A stretch of 64,000 nt of DNA from Mogibacterium sp. Its GTDB lineage: Bacteria > Bacillota > Clostridia > Peptostreptococcales > Anaerovoracaceae. Position numbers and translations under genes: made by a program. The notes under the pieces are model-generated. The model worked only from the letters and a program-made list of their open reading frames with translations. It did not search any database and was not told where the DNA came from. The number at the start of each line of letters is the position of its first letter. Position 1 is the first letter of the stretch. Shown here one piece after another: positions 27,641 through 38,173 of this stretch. The stretch is taken from contig DUVP01000031.1 in assembly GCA_012840975.1 (NCBI GenBank), forward strand, positions 5,432-69,431, given 5' to 3'.

Positions 27641-30277
27641 TATCTTCACCTCCAAGATCTATGACTTCATTAATTATATCATGCAGGGTATTTAAAGCAT
27701 TAATCGGTGTCATTGTATTTATATCAATCTCAGATATCCTTTCGATAACGGGATTGTATTTATAAGAACCTGATGAGTCAATTTCCAAGTCATTAAAGCT
27801 TTCTGCAAAGAATGACAACTGCTTCGACTCCGGTTTTGGCATAAATTGTCCCTCTTCTAATTCTCTAAGTTTTATCATTGCAGATCTTCTTATTTCATTA
27901 GGTATACCTGCTATTTTTGCAACATGTATTCCATAGCTTTTACTTGCCGGTCCATCAACAATATTGTGAAGAAAGACGACATTAGATCCATCTTCCGAAA
28001 CAGCAACAGAAAGATTTGTAATATTATAATATTCACTTTCTAATGCAGTAAGTTCATGGTAATGAGTAGCAAACATGGTCCTGATTTTATTTTCTGACTT
28101 AGAAAGGTATTCAACAGTTGCCCAGGCGATAGAAAGCCCGTCAAAAGTACTTGTACCGCGACCTATTTCGTCTAAAATGATAAGGCTGTGTTCAGAAGCA
28201 TTTCTGAGTATGTTGGAAAGTTCACTCATCTCAATGAAAAAAGTGGACTGTCCATAAGCCAGATTATCAGATGCACCGATCCTGGTAAATATTCTGTCTA
28301 CAACACCTATTGATGCCGATTCAGCAGGAACAAAAGATCCGATTTGTGCCATTAGAACAATCAGAGCTGTCTGTCTCATATACGTTGATTTACCGGACAT
28401 GTTAGGACCGGTAATAATCAGTATGGATCTGTCATCGGAGTTTATTATAGTATCATTGGAAACAAACATACCCGCTCCAATGATTTGTTCAACTGTCGGG
28501 TGCCTTCCCTTTTTAATGTCAATAACATTATTATCGGTAACACTAGGCTTGTTATATCCGTTTTCAGTTGCAACAACAGCAAAAGAAAGAAGAACATCAA
28601 GAGTTGCGATAGCAGTTGATGCATCCTGAAGAGATCTGATATAAGGAATTATGCTAGCTCTTAATTTCTTAAATTCCTCATACTCAATTTTATTAATTTT
28701 GGTTTCTGCATTTAAAAGAAGACTTTCTTTTTCCTTAAGTTCAGGTGTTATATATCTTTCGTTGTTAACCAGGGTTTGTTTTCTTATATAATTATCAGGA
28801 ACCTTATCTATCATGCCTTTGCTTACATCGATGTAATAACCGAACACCTTATTAAAGCCGACCTTAAGTGTCTTAATACCGGTTCTTTCTTTTTCTGAAA
28901 CCTCAAGACCGGCAATCCAGCTCTTGGTGTCTTTAATAGAGTCAATCATATTATCAAGCTCTTTTGAGTATCCTCTTTTGATTATCCCGCCCTCTGTCAG
29001 GAGAAATGGCGGATCATCGCATAGTGCTTTTTCTATATTATCGTAAAGAATATTAAATTCTGAGATTTCCGTATTAAGCTGACGCAGAAGAGTCGTATTA
29101 AAAGAATTAAGCTCTTCTTTAATATCAGGAATTTGCCCTAAGGTTGTTTTAAGGGCGATAAGATCTCTTGCATTTGCTCTTCCCGTTGCAATACGAGATG
29201 TAAGTCTCTGAAAATCATAGACATGTTTGAGTAAATTAGTAATATTTCTTGCAGAAAGAGGATTTTTTTTCAGTTCTTCTACAGCATCAAGTCTTAGATT
29301 GATTTCATCGGGAACGATAAGAGGTTCCATCAGCCATTTTCTTAGTAGTCTGGCTCCCATTGCCGTCTTTGTTTTATTTAATACACCGAGAAGCGATCCT
29401 CTAATACTATGATCATAGACTGTTTCAAGCAGCTCAAGATTACGTACAGTAGAGCGATCCAGCTGCATAGTGTTTCCTTTTTTCTTAATCAGAAGCTTCG
29501 TTAACTGATTCAGTTCCTGCTTTTGCGTATCCAGAAGATACATAAGCAGAGAGCCCACAGAAGCAATGATTTCTTCTCGTTCTTCTATTCCCAGAGAAAT
29601 AAGAGAAGAAACGTTGAATTGTTTAAGTATAACTTTTTCACACAAATCTGTTCTATAGTATGAAGGATCTACAGTATCAATATAGATATCAAGCTGTTTG
29701 TCGGAAAGACTTTTTCTTATTAAATCAGCCTGTTCTTCACTTAAGATAAGTTCCCTGACACCGGATACAGCAAGTTCATCTGCAAGTAGTGTATGATACT
29801 CATCATCTTGAAAATCAGTTGTGATAATCTCCCCTGTCGACACATCGGCTATTGTAAGTGAGGTAGTATTTTCAGATATATAAGCAGAAGAAATATAGAT
29901 ATTAAGATTTGAATCGGAAGATTCGATAATATCCAATGTACCCGGTGTATATATGCGTACTACATCTCTTGCCACTATAGTCTTTGCTTCTGCAGGATCT
30001 TCCATTTGCTCACAGATTGCAACTTTGTGACCGTTTTTACAAGTCTTGTTATATAAGACTGAACTGAATGATACGGAACGCCACACATAGGAGCTCTTTC
30101 TTTTAAACCGCAGTTACGTCCTGTCAATGTAAGTTCCAGTTCTTTTGAGGCAATCAAAGCATCCTCGAAGAACATTTCATAGAAATCTCCGAGTCTGAAC
30201 ATAAGAATTGCATCTTTATGTTCTTCTTTAATTCTATAATACTGTTGCATCATAGGCGAGAGCTTTTCCTGTATCAT
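27633..30277 (-). pseudogene. mutS: DNA mismatch repair protein MutS interrupted by a -1 frameshift in an A5 run (coding strand)
   Basis: The N-terminal 86 aa ([14 protein letters not shown]...[16 protein letters not shown]) are in one frame. [18 protein letters not shown] and the rest (817-aa ORF, Walker A GPNMSGKST) are in the -1 frame. The junction is GTAAAAACGG (T5 on the + strand at 30034-30038). One extra A would restore ...[14 protein letters not shown]. Confidence 0.85.
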
Positions 30278-30296
30278 ATTACCTCCGTAAACAGAT

Positions 30297-30320
30297 GTAG
30301 GGGGACACATATCCCCCTAC
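30297..30320 (-). terminator. Hairpin terminator between the aminotransferase gene and mutS
   Basis: GTAGGGGGA-TATGTG-TCCCCCTAC on the minus strand, followed by ATCTGTTT (weak U tract). Confidence 0.55.
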
Positions 30321-30364
30321 CTACCATCTGTGTATGTAACAATTGAATTAATAAGTTGGTGAGT

Positions 30365-31558
30365 TTATTTCTTTTTATAGGCCTCAAGACCAAGCTTAAT
30401 AAGCTCACAAGCTCTTCTCATTTTATCCGGAGTAAGAACATAAGCTATACGAAGCTCATCGGCGCCAAGTCCTTCTGTTGCATAGAATCCGGCTGCAGGA
30501 GCAAACATAACGGTTTCACCGTTATCATCGAATTCTTTAAGCAGGAACATAAGAAAATCTTCAATGTCATTAACAGGAAGTTTGGCTGTCATATAAAATG
30601 CACCTGCAGGTTTTTGACAAACGATTCCGGGAATTTTTGAGAGCTCTTCATAAGCGGCGTCTCTTCTGTTCTCATACTCAGTTCTTACTTCATCATAATA
30701 GGACTTGTCTAATCTGTAAAGAGCAGCAGCTCCTACCTGTTCAAGTGTTGCAACACAAAGTCTTCCCTGAGCCAGTTTTAGAATTGCTTCCATGAACTCT
30801 TCATTCTTAGATATGATAGCTCCGATTCTTGCTCCGCAAGCTGAGAATCTCTTGGAAACGGAATCAATCAGGATAACTCTGTCTTCAATTTCTTTAAGTT
30901 GACCGAAAGAACCGGCTTCTGCACCGTCATAAACGAACTCTCTGTAAACTTCATCAGAGATTATCCACAGATCGTGTTTGATTGCGATATCGGCGATGAG
31001 CTTCATATCTTCCTTTGAAAGAACTCTTCCTGTAGGGTTACCGGGTGAAATTGAGCAGATTGCTTTGGTTTTTTCTGTAATAGCAGCTTCGATAAGATCT
31101 CTCTTAGCCCAATCAAATCCGTCTTCAGCTGAAGTTGTAAGAGGAACGATTTTGCCGCTTACCTGGTTACAGAAAGTGCTGTAGTTAGTATAGAAAGGCT
31201 CAGCCATCAAAACCTCGTCTCCGGGATTTAGAATAGCAGTAAATGTGCTTATGATAGCTTCAGACCCTCCGTTTGTGATAAGAATATTCTTTCTCTCATA
31301 ATGCATGTTATGCATTTTCGACATATAATCGATCATAGCATCAATTAGTTCAATAACTCCGCCTGATTCAGCGTATGCAATTACCTTGTTGTCAAAGTTA
31401 TCGATAGCTTCTTTAAAGACAGAAGGAGTCTCAATGTCCGGCTGACCAATATTAAGGCGATATACAGTTTTTCCTTCTGCTTCAGCCTCGAATGCAAAAG
31501 TATTAAACCTTCTGATAGGTGAAAACTGCATTTCTGCGACTCTGTTTGATACTTTCAT
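30365..31558 (-). CDS. Class I/II PLP-dependent aminotransferase (aspartate/aromatic aminotransferase-like)
   Basis: FSPIRRF..., LNIGQPD, GNPTG and SVSKRFSACGARIG (PLP lysine). 397 aa. Confidence 0.88.
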   Translation of the reverse strand: MKVSNRVAEMQFSPIRRFNTFAFEAEAEGKTVYRLNIGQPDIETPSVFKEAIDNFDNKVIAYAESGGVIELIDAMIDYMSKMHNMHYERKNILITNGGSEAIISTFTAILNPGDEVLMAEPFYTNYSTFCNQVSGKIVPLTTSAEDGFDWAKRDLIEAAITEKTKAICSISPGNPTGRVLSKEDMKLIADIAIKHDLWIISDEVYREFVYDGAEAGSFGQLKEIEDRVILIDSVSKRFSACGARIGAIISKNEEFMEAILKLAQGRLCVATLEQVGAAALYRLDKSYYDEVRTEYENRRDAAYEELSKIPGIVCQKPAGAFYMTAKLPVNDIEDFLMFLLKEFDDNGETVMFAPAAGFYATEGLGADELRIAYVLTPDKMRRACELIKLGLEAYKKK

Positions 31559-31629
31559 ATTGTTATCTCCTTATATAATAATAGTAATGTTGAAATATAG
31601 CTTATTATGATAAAAGTTAGCGTTTAGCG

Positions 31630-32424
31630 TTATATTTTATAAGTTTTATGTGATGCTTCAACAACCTGCAGTACATCAATATTATTATCGCATGTTTTTG
31701 GTGAAAGTAAAAGCAAAAACTCGATATTTCCTTTGTTACCTTTAATTGGTGAAAATGTTAATGCTTCAGGGTAGAGATCAGAGTCTTTTGAATAGTTGAT
31801 TACATTCTTGATAACTTGAATGTGAACATTAGAATCTTTAATAATTCCTCCTTTTCCTACCTGTTCTTTTCCGGCTTCAAACTGTGGTTTGATGAGACAT
31901 AAAACATGCCCGTCAGTTGCAAGAATTGAGGCAGCAACCGGAAGGATATGTTTTAAAGATATAAAACTCACATCAATAGTGACAAGATCAACGGAATCTT
32001 GTATAAGTTCGGTATTAAGATATCTTATGTTTGTTTTTTCAATATTAATAACCCTTGGATCGGATCGCAATTTATAATCCAGCTGCCCGTAACCGACATC
32101 AATAGAATATACTTTTACCGCACCGTGCTGAAGCATACAGTCGGTAAAACCGCCGGTAGAAGCTCCCATATCGACACAAATGGCATCCTCACAGGAAATC
32201 CCCCATTTTTTAATAGCCTTTTCAAGTTTAAGGCCACCTCTGCTCACATAAGGGCATTCTTTGCCTTTCACAATTATTTCAACATCGGTATTAAACTTTG
32301 TACCGGCTTTATCCTCAATAGAACCTTCTACAGAGACCAAGCCGGCCATTATTATTTTCTTTGCCTTTTCTCTTGATTCGGCAAGACCTTTATTAACGAG
32401 AAGAACATCAAGCCTTTCCTTCAA
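31630..32424 (-). CDS. tlyA: TlyA-family 16S/23S rRNA (cytidine-2'-O)-methyltransferase (S4 domain plus FtsJ-like methyltransferase)
   Basis: RLDVLLVNKGLAESREKAKKIIMAG (S4), YVSRGGLKLEKA and DMGASTGGFTDC. Confidence 0.9.
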   Translation of the reverse strand: MKERLDVLLVNKGLAESREKAKKIIMAGLVSVEGSIEDKAGTKFNTDVEIIVKGKECPYVSRGGLKLEKAIKKWGISCEDAICVDMGASTGGFTDCMLQHGAVKVYSIDVGYGQLDYKLRSDPRVINIEKTNIRYLNTELIQDSVDLVTIDVSFISLKHILPVAASILATDGHVLCLIKPQFEAGKEQVGKGGIIKDSNVHIQVIKNVINYSKDSDLYPEALTFSPIKGNKGNIEFLLLLSPKTCDNNIDVLQVVEASHKTYKI

Positions 32425-34267
32425 AGTATGAGATTATCCTTTCCGATACAGATTCAGCGTCCATATTACATTCTGATCTAAGCTCGCTGACAGAGCCGTG
32501 CTCAACAAATTTATCAGGTATTCCAATGTTTATAATATCATAATCAACATTATCGTTTGCACTTCTGAAGGATTCGCCGAAACCGCCACTTAGGACATTA
32601 TCTTCCATAGTGACAACAAGTTTGGAATTAATGTTTGACCATTTGGAATCCATAGGCTTAACAACGCATACATTGGTTACCCCGACATCATATCCTTTTT
32701 CTCTGAGTATCTCAGCTGTTTTAATTGCCTCGTCGAGCATACTTCCCACAGCTAAGATATTTATATCATTTCCTTCGCTTAAGACATTATTGAAACCTTT
32801 GAAAGGTTTTATTCTTAAATGATTAGTCTCACTCGATCCTCTCGGATATCTGATTGCTACAGGACAATCCATATCTATTGCAAAATCAAGCATTTCTTCA
32901 AGCTGGTTACCGTCTGCAGGTGTGAGAATTGTTATTCCGGGTATCATGTTTAAATATGAAAGATCAAATTGTCCATGATGGGTTTCACCGTCAGCACCGA
33001 CAAGACCTGCTCTGTCGATAGCAAACACTACATGAAGATTCTGAAGAGCAACATCTTCTATCAAGTAGTCAAAAGATCTCTGAAGAAAGCTTGAATAAAT
33101 TGCTACAACAGGCTTTAAGCCTGATTTTGCAAGACCTGCAGCGAAAACAACAGCATGCTCCTCTGCTATACCTACATCAAAATATCTGTCTTCATGTCTT
33201 TCCCAGAATGGAGTAAGACCGGTTGCGGTACCCATCGCTGCAGTTATGGCTACTATCTTATCATCTGAATCAGCAAGAGAGGCTATTTTCTCGCCAAATA
33301 CCTGAGAATAGGATTTTGAAGTGCTTTTAGTTTTTTCTTCTCCGGTTTCAATATCGAAAGGTCCGATACCATGAAATTTTCTCGGATATTTTTCTGAATA
33401 TTCATAACCTTTGCCCTTTTTTGTAATTACATGAATAAGAGTCGGGCCGTCATACTTCGAAGCCGCAATAAAAATATCCTGCATATCCTTTATGTTATAT
33501 CCGTCGACCGGGCCAAAATACTTGACACCAAGAGCCTCGATAAGATGTCCTTCTTCGCTGAGAAAAGAAAATTTCAGTTTTTCTTTTGAGTTTGTCAGTT
33601 TTCGTTGAAGAGGATATCCGATAATCGGAATATTACCCAGAGCGGATTTTACGGAAACTTTAGCACTGTCATATTTATCAGAGGATCGTATTTTGTTCAG
33701 ATACTTTGACATCACACCTACATTATGTGCAATAGACATTCCGTTATCATTCAGAACAATTGTAAGTTTTAGTTTTCTTGCTCCTATATCGTTAAGAGCC
33801 TCATACACGATTCCGCTTGTTAATGAGCCGTCTCCGATTACGGCTACAACGTTATAATCTTCACCGCTTATATCTCGAGCTGTAGCCATACCACACGCAG
33901 CACTTATGGAAGTGCTGGAGTGACCGGTCTCATATACATCGTGTTCACTTTCTCTGGATTTTGGAAAACCGGACAACCCTTTGTATTGTCTGAGTGTGTC
34001 AAATCGGTTTGCCCTTCCGGTCAGAATTTTATGTACATATGATTGGTGGCCGACGTCATATATTATCTTATCTTTCGGACTGTCAAAAGCTCTCATAAGG
34101 GCAACTGAGAGTTCGACAATACCAAGATTGGATGCAAGATGACCGCCGGTTACAGATATTTTATCAAGCAAAAATTCCCTGATATCTGAACAAAGATCGT
34201 TAAGCTCACGAATATCCGCTGTCTTGCAAACCTCGAGCAGATTATCTTTTTCAAGGTCATATTTCAT
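32408..34267 (-). CDS. dxs: 1-deoxy-D-xylulose-5-phosphate synthase
   Basis: GGHLASNLGIVELSVAL, DVGHQSYVHKILTGR, the GDGSLTSG TPP motif and GADGETHHG. Confidence 0.97.
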   Translation of the reverse strand: MKYDLEKDNLLEVCKTADIRELNDLCSDIREFLLDKISVTGGHLASNLGIVELSVALMRAFDSPKDKIIYDVGHQSYVHKILTGRANRFDTLRQYKGLSGFPKSRESEHDVYETGHSSTSISAACGMATARDISGEDYNVVAVIGDGSLTSGIVYEALNDIGARKLKLTIVLNDNGMSIAHNVGVMSKYLNKIRSSDKYDSAKVSVKSALGNIPIIGYPLQRKLTNSKEKLKFSFLSEEGHLIEALGVKYFGPVDGYNIKDMQDIFIAASKYDGPTLIHVITKKGKGYEYSEKYPRKFHGIGPFDIETGEEKTKSTSKSYSQVFGEKIASLADSDDKIVAITAAMGTATGLTPFWERHEDRYFDVGIAEEHAVVFAAGLAKSGLKPVVAIYSSFLQRSFDYLIEDVALQNLHVVFAIDRAGLVGADGETHHGQFDLSYLNMIPGITILTPADGNQLEEMLDFAIDMDCPVAIRYPRGSSETNHLRIKPFKGFNNVLSEGNDINILAVGSMLDEAIKTAEILREKGYDVGVTNVCVVKPMDSKWSNINSKLVVTMEDNVLSGGFGESFRSANDNVDYDIINIGIPDKFVEHGSVSELRSECNMDAESVSERIISYFEGKA

Positions 34268-34272
34268 AGTTT

Positions 34273-35163
34273 TTACTTCCTTCTGGTTTTAAGAGAATCA
34301 GCCAGTTCTAAGAAGAAGCTGACATTTTCACCATAATGTTCAATAGCTGCCTTTGCTTTCTCAGTACGACTGTTGAGCATGGACTTTGCCTTATTTATAC
34401 CATGGACACACACATTATTGCATTTACCGAGATCTTTGTCCTTACCGACATGTTTGCCCATAGATAAAGAATCTCCTTCAAAATCAAGTATATCATCTAA
34501 AATCTGAAAACCTATACCTATATTCATAGCATAATATGCAAAATCATTTATTAGTTTTTCGTCAGCATTTGCCAAATTCAGTCCTGCGATTACAGGTGCA
34601 GTAATAAGATCTCCGCATTTATGTTCATCAATAAAATGAACAATATCAGGAGTTACATTTTGATGTTCATTTTGAACATCGGCTACTTGTCCTGCAATCA
34701 TACCCTTTATACCTGAACGGGAAAGGATAATATTGGCTGCCTTTGTGTGATTAATCATTTTAGTATGACTATAGGAATTAGAAAGAATTTGAGAAGTAAG
34801 TACTTCAGCAGCTGTATTAAGCAGTGCATCTCCGGCAAGAATAGCAATGTCCTCACCAAAAACCTTGTGATTTGTCGGTTTTCCACGTCTTAAATCATCG
34901 TTATCCATTGCCGGCAGATCATCATGAATAAGCGAGTAAGTATGTATATATTCTACACAGCATGCATAGGGTAAAGCTTCTTTAATGTCTCCACCTGCAA
35001 AATCACAGGCTGCAAGGAGAAGTACCGGTCTAAGCCTTTTCCCTCCCACAGTAAGGCTGTATTTAACGCTTTCATACAGTGAAGAAACATATTCATCTAC
35101 TTGAGGAATATAATCAAGAAGATGGGTATTTATAATTGTTCTATATTCTTCAAAACTAAGCAT
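34273..35163 (-). CDS. ispA: Polyprenyl (farnesyl/geranyl) diphosphate synthase
   Basis: First DDxxD motif (LIHDDLPAMDNDDLRRGKPT) and second (FQILDDILD). Confidence 0.93.
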   Translation of the reverse strand: MLSFEEYRTIINTHLLDYIPQVDEYVSSLYESVKYSLTVGGKRLRPVLLLAACDFAGGDIKEALPYACCVEYIHTYSLIHDDLPAMDNDDLRRGKPTNHKVFGEDIAILAGDALLNTAAEVLTSQILSNSYSHTKMINHTKAANIILSRSGIKGMIAGQVADVQNEHQNVTPDIVHFIDEHKCGDLITAPVIAGLNLANADEKLINDFAYYAMNIGIGFQILDDILDFEGDSLSMGKHVGKDKDLGKCNNVCVHGINKAKSMLNSRTEKAKAAIEHYGENVSFFLELADSLKTRRK

Positions 35164-35356
35164 CGTTCTTTATCCCCTCCTCATATATACTGATGTGCTG
35201 ATCTGCATCGTCAAGAATTTTCTTGCAAAATTCAGCTTCTTTTATGCCCTGATCGAATAACTTTAAAGATTCTTCCAGTGTAGTTGCCTGTAAACCTATT
35301 TTTGATACCGCTTCTTGAAGATTTGAAAAAGCTTCTGTGAAGGTTTTTTCTTTCAT
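35156..35356 (-). CDS. xseB: Exodeoxyribonuclease VII small subunit
   Basis: 66 aa. FTEAFSNLQEAVSKI...LEESLKLFDQGIKEAEFCKKIL. Overlaps both xseA and ispA. Confidence 0.9.
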   Translation of the reverse strand: MKEKTFTEAFSNLQEAVSKIGLQATTLEESLKLFDQGIKEAEFCKKILDDADQHISIYEEGIKNDA

Positions 35357-36504
35357 TTCAGGTTGTCCTTTCTTATTTTAATGACTTTTGCAGTAAAATC
35401 TCCACTGTTCATTTTTACGATATAATTATTATTGACAACAAGATTGTCAATATCGGAAATTATGTGATTATTATCATCAAGAACAGCGGCATAACCTTTG
35501 CTGAGAATATTAAGCGGGTTGTTTTCTTTCAATGATATAAGAAGTTTATCTATTTCATTCTTTGCATCTGAAATTTTTCTATTGGTATTAGAAAAAAGAA
35601 GATCTGTTTTTAGAGAAAGCTTCTCTCTTTCTCCTGCGAGTTTAAGTCTGGTAGATTCGAGTAAAAGCTCCCTGTATCTTAAAATATCTTCTATAAGTTT
35701 TCCTGTATCCATAACAGCCATATCAGCAGCTGCTGTAGGTGTTTCTGCCCTTATATCAGCAACAAAGTCACTTATTGAAACATCGGATTCATGACCTACT
35801 GCACTTATCACGGGTATTTCAGATGCAAATATTGCTCTTGCCACGTTTTCGTCATTAAAGGCGGCAAGATCTTCTGCAGAACCTCCACCCCTTCCAACTA
35901 TCAGTGTATCTATTTTAAAGCCTTCCTTAGATAGTTTATTTGCTAAATTGATATTTGAGCAAATACTGTCGGGAGCTCCTATTCCTTGCACTTGAGTTGG
36001 AAAAATAATTATGTCAGTCAGATTATTTTTTGCTGTAATTATCTTCTTTATATCTTCTATGGCTGCACCTGTCGCAGCTGTTATTACACCTATTCTTAAA
36101 GGAAAAGACGGAATGGGTTTTTTCCATTTCGGATCAAACAGGCCTTCTTCACTGAGTTTTTTCTTGATACGTTCAAGTTCAAGTAAAAGATCACCTTCTC
36201 CTATAGACTGAACAAATCGAACACTAAAAGAATAGTAACCTCCTTTTGGATATGGGCTGATATCTCCAATAACAATAACACTTTTCCCGTTTTGCACAAG
36301 AGACATATCGATCTTAACAGCATTAGATCCCCAGATATTGCATTTTAAACTGCTTTTCTTATCCCTTAAAGTGAAATAATAATGTTGTCCGCTTTTATTT
36401 AATCCGTTAATCTCTCCTTGAACAGGAAGTTGCTGCAGGTTAAGGTCTGATCTGAGTTTTTGTGCTATATATTCATTGAATTGTGAGACAGTTATCGGTT
36501 TCAT
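35353..36504 (-). CDS. xseA: Exodeoxyribonuclease VII large subunit
   Basis: VSQFNEYI...GEI (OB fold), RIGVITAATGAAIEDI, VGRGGGSAEDLAAFNDE and TPTAAA. Confidence 0.93.
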   Translation of the reverse strand: MKPITVSQFNEYIAQKLRSDLNLQQLPVQGEINGLNKSGQHYYFTLRDKKSSLKCNIWGSNAVKIDMSLVQNGKSVIVIGDISPYPKGGYYSFSVRFVQSIGEGDLLLELERIKKKLSEEGLFDPKWKKPIPSFPLRIGVITAATGAAIEDIKKIITAKNNLTDIIIFPTQVQGIGAPDSICSNINLANKLSKEGFKIDTLIVGRGGGSAEDLAAFNDENVARAIFASEIPVISAVGHESDVSISDFVADIRAETPTAAADMAVMDTGKLIEDILRYRELLLESTRLKLAGEREKLSLKTDLLFSNTNRKISDAKNEIDKLLISLKENNPLNILSKGYAAVLDDNNHIISDIDNLVVNNNYIVKMNSGDFTAKVIKIRKDNLK

Positions 36505-37504
36505 CTGTTCTCCTGTTTAAACGCTGTGCCAGTCTTGCAATTCCAACAGCATTATCGCTGCTAAGTGTTGCAGATCCGAAAAATATATTTACTATGTTGT
36601 TATTATTTACTGATGTCAGTTTTTTTCGGAGATATTTGCTTGCAGCTACTCCCCCAACTATAGCTACATCTTTGATATCATGCTGTTTTGATAGATAAGT
36701 TGTTGATTTGTGAATAAGTTTGGATATGGAATCAAACATGGATGTAATTATGAATTTTCTTTCTGTTATATCTATATCGGAATTTTGAATAAGGCGCATA
36801 ATCTTTGTTTCAATACCTGAAAGATTAAAATATCCATCTGAAAAAAATATATCAAGATTTAATGAAAGATGGTTATTTTCTTTAAGGTTTAATAGTTCAT
36901 CATTATCAATATAAGCAATCTCATCCAGGTATTTTCCCGCAGGAAAAGGAAGACCTAAAGCAACACCAACTCTATCAATAAGTTGCCCTATACTAATATC
37001 TTTTGTACCTCCGACCAGGCTCATATCATAACCTGCAGGTATTCTGCTACATATAAGAAATTCACTGGTTCCCCCACTTAAATGAAATAAAATACATTTA
37101 TTAAGATTACTTTGTACAAAAGAATTGTCTTCAAGGATAGCCGCAGCATGCCCTTCCTGATGTGAAAACTCGTATACGGGAATTTTCAGAATTGCTCCTA
37201 ATTGCTTTCCTGTGTTAACACCGGCAAGAAAGCAAGGCATATAAGAGCCTTCTATATTTCTGGGTCTTGATGATACACCTATACACGATAAATCAGAAGG
37301 ATTAAACCTGTTAAAGAGTTCTTGAATAAAGCATGGCAGCAGATTTGAATGCTTAAAAAAAGCATCTGACTGTCTTAATCCTTTTTCTCCAAGAGGAATA
37401 TCAAGGAAAACTGAACGCTCAAAGATTATTTCTCCGTTATTGTCTGTTACAGCGATTGAAGTTTTATAATTTGAGGTATCAATTCCCAAAGCATAGAATG
37501 ACAT
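36473..37504 (-). CDS. Divergent TsaD/Kae1-like (peptidase M22/ASKHA fold) protein of unknown function
   Basis: From ATG 37504: MSFYALGIDTSNYKTSIAV..., SHQEGHAAAIL (HxxxH-like) and VGGVAASKYLR. Clearly related to TsaD but different in the conserved PGL/GxxxA blocks. Confidence 0.6.
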   Translation of the reverse strand: MSFYALGIDTSNYKTSIAVTDNNGEIIFERSVFLDIPLGEKGLRQSDAFFKHSNLLPCFIQELFNRFNPSDLSCIGVSSRPRNIEGSYMPCFLAGVNTGKQLGAILKIPVYEFSHQEGHAAAILEDNSFVQSNLNKCILFHLSGGTSEFLICSRIPAGYDMSLVGGTKDISIGQLIDRVGVALGLPFPAGKYLDEIAYIDNDELLNLKENNHLSLNLDIFFSDGYFNLSGIETKIMRLIQNSDIDITERKFIITSMFDSISKLIHKSTTYLSKQHDIKDVAIVGGVAASKYLRKKLTSVNNNNIVNIFFGSATLSSDNAVGIARLAQRLNRRTDETDNCLTIQ

Positions 37505-37508
37505 ATCA

Positions 37509-37907
37509 TTATTCCTTAATAGATCGTTCAATCTTGCTAAGAACAGAATTAACAAAAGCATATGATTTAGAGTCTCCGTATTTTTTTGCGAGATTAACAG
37601 CCTCATTTATGGAAACGCTGTTAGGTATATCATCAATATACATCATTTCAGCAACTGCTGTTCTTAAAATAGCAAGATCTGTTTTCGCAATTCTGTCAAT
37701 TGACCATTTATCCAGATTTGAAGAAATAACTCTGTCAATATCAGATTTATGGTCCCTTATTGCACTAAGTAAAGCAAGGGACTGTTTTCTCTCAAGAGTT
37801 TTAAGATTTTCTTCAATGGGTATAAGTTTGGTATAGTCGAATTCATTTGTAATATCCATTTGAAATATAATCTGCATTGAATTTTCTCGTATGTCTTCTC
37901 TGCTCAT
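37509..37907 (-). CDS. nusB: Transcription antitermination factor NusB
   Basis: SREDIRENSMQIIFQMD..., DRIAKTDLAILRTAVAEM and INEAVNLAKKYG. Confidence 0.93.
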   Translation of the reverse strand: MSREDIRENSMQIIFQMDITNEFDYTKLIPIEENLKTLERKQSLALLSAIRDHKSDIDRVISSNLDKWSIDRIAKTDLAILRTAVAEMMYIDDIPNSVSINEAVNLAKKYGDSKSYAFVNSVLSKIERSIKE

Positions 37908-38173
37908 AACGATTTATCTATTCCTTCCACGTGAATATCAATTGATTTGACATTAAGCTTTGTCGTTTTTTCAACATATCTTTTGATTTTTGATTGAATA
38001 TCATAACAAAGTTGAGGTATATTCACCCCAAAATAAACAATAATATCTAAAGAAATTGTAATAGTTGTTTCGTTTTTAGAAAATTTAATCTTAGGAGGCG
38101 ATGCAAGCCTACTAAAATCCTTAAAAATTTTAAGTTTTGATGTTATATATTCGATTATAACTTCATCAGACAT
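37904..38173 (-). CDS. Asp23/Gls24 family (alkaline-shock-like) small protein
   Basis: 89 aa. IVYFGVNIPQLCYDIQSKIKRYVEKTTKLNVKSIDIHVEGI is typical of the family. It sits upstream of nusB, like yqhY in Bacillus. Confidence 0.75.
   Translation of the reverse strand: MSDEVIIEYITSKLKIFKDFSRLASPPKIKFSKNETTITISLDIIVYFGVNIPQLCYDIQSKIKRYVEKTTKLNVKSIDIHVEGIDKSL

Noticed and set aside
27228-27695. 155-aa ORF on the + strand, and many similar 60-165-aa ORFs (for example 56690-57184, 37456-37836, 46787-47161, 51994-52365)
   Set aside because: They lie entirely antisense to or inside well-supported conserved genes (mutL, secDF, nusB, leuS, hisS). Their composition is low-complexity and they have no RBS. 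They are shadow ORFs typical of AT-rich DNA.
29975-30310. 111-aa ORF treated as a separate small gene upstream of an N-terminally truncated mutS
   Set aside because: Its sequence is the MutS mismatch-binding N-terminus. It joins the 817-aa ORF seamlessly if one A is added at 30034-30038, so this is one frameshifted gene, not two genes.
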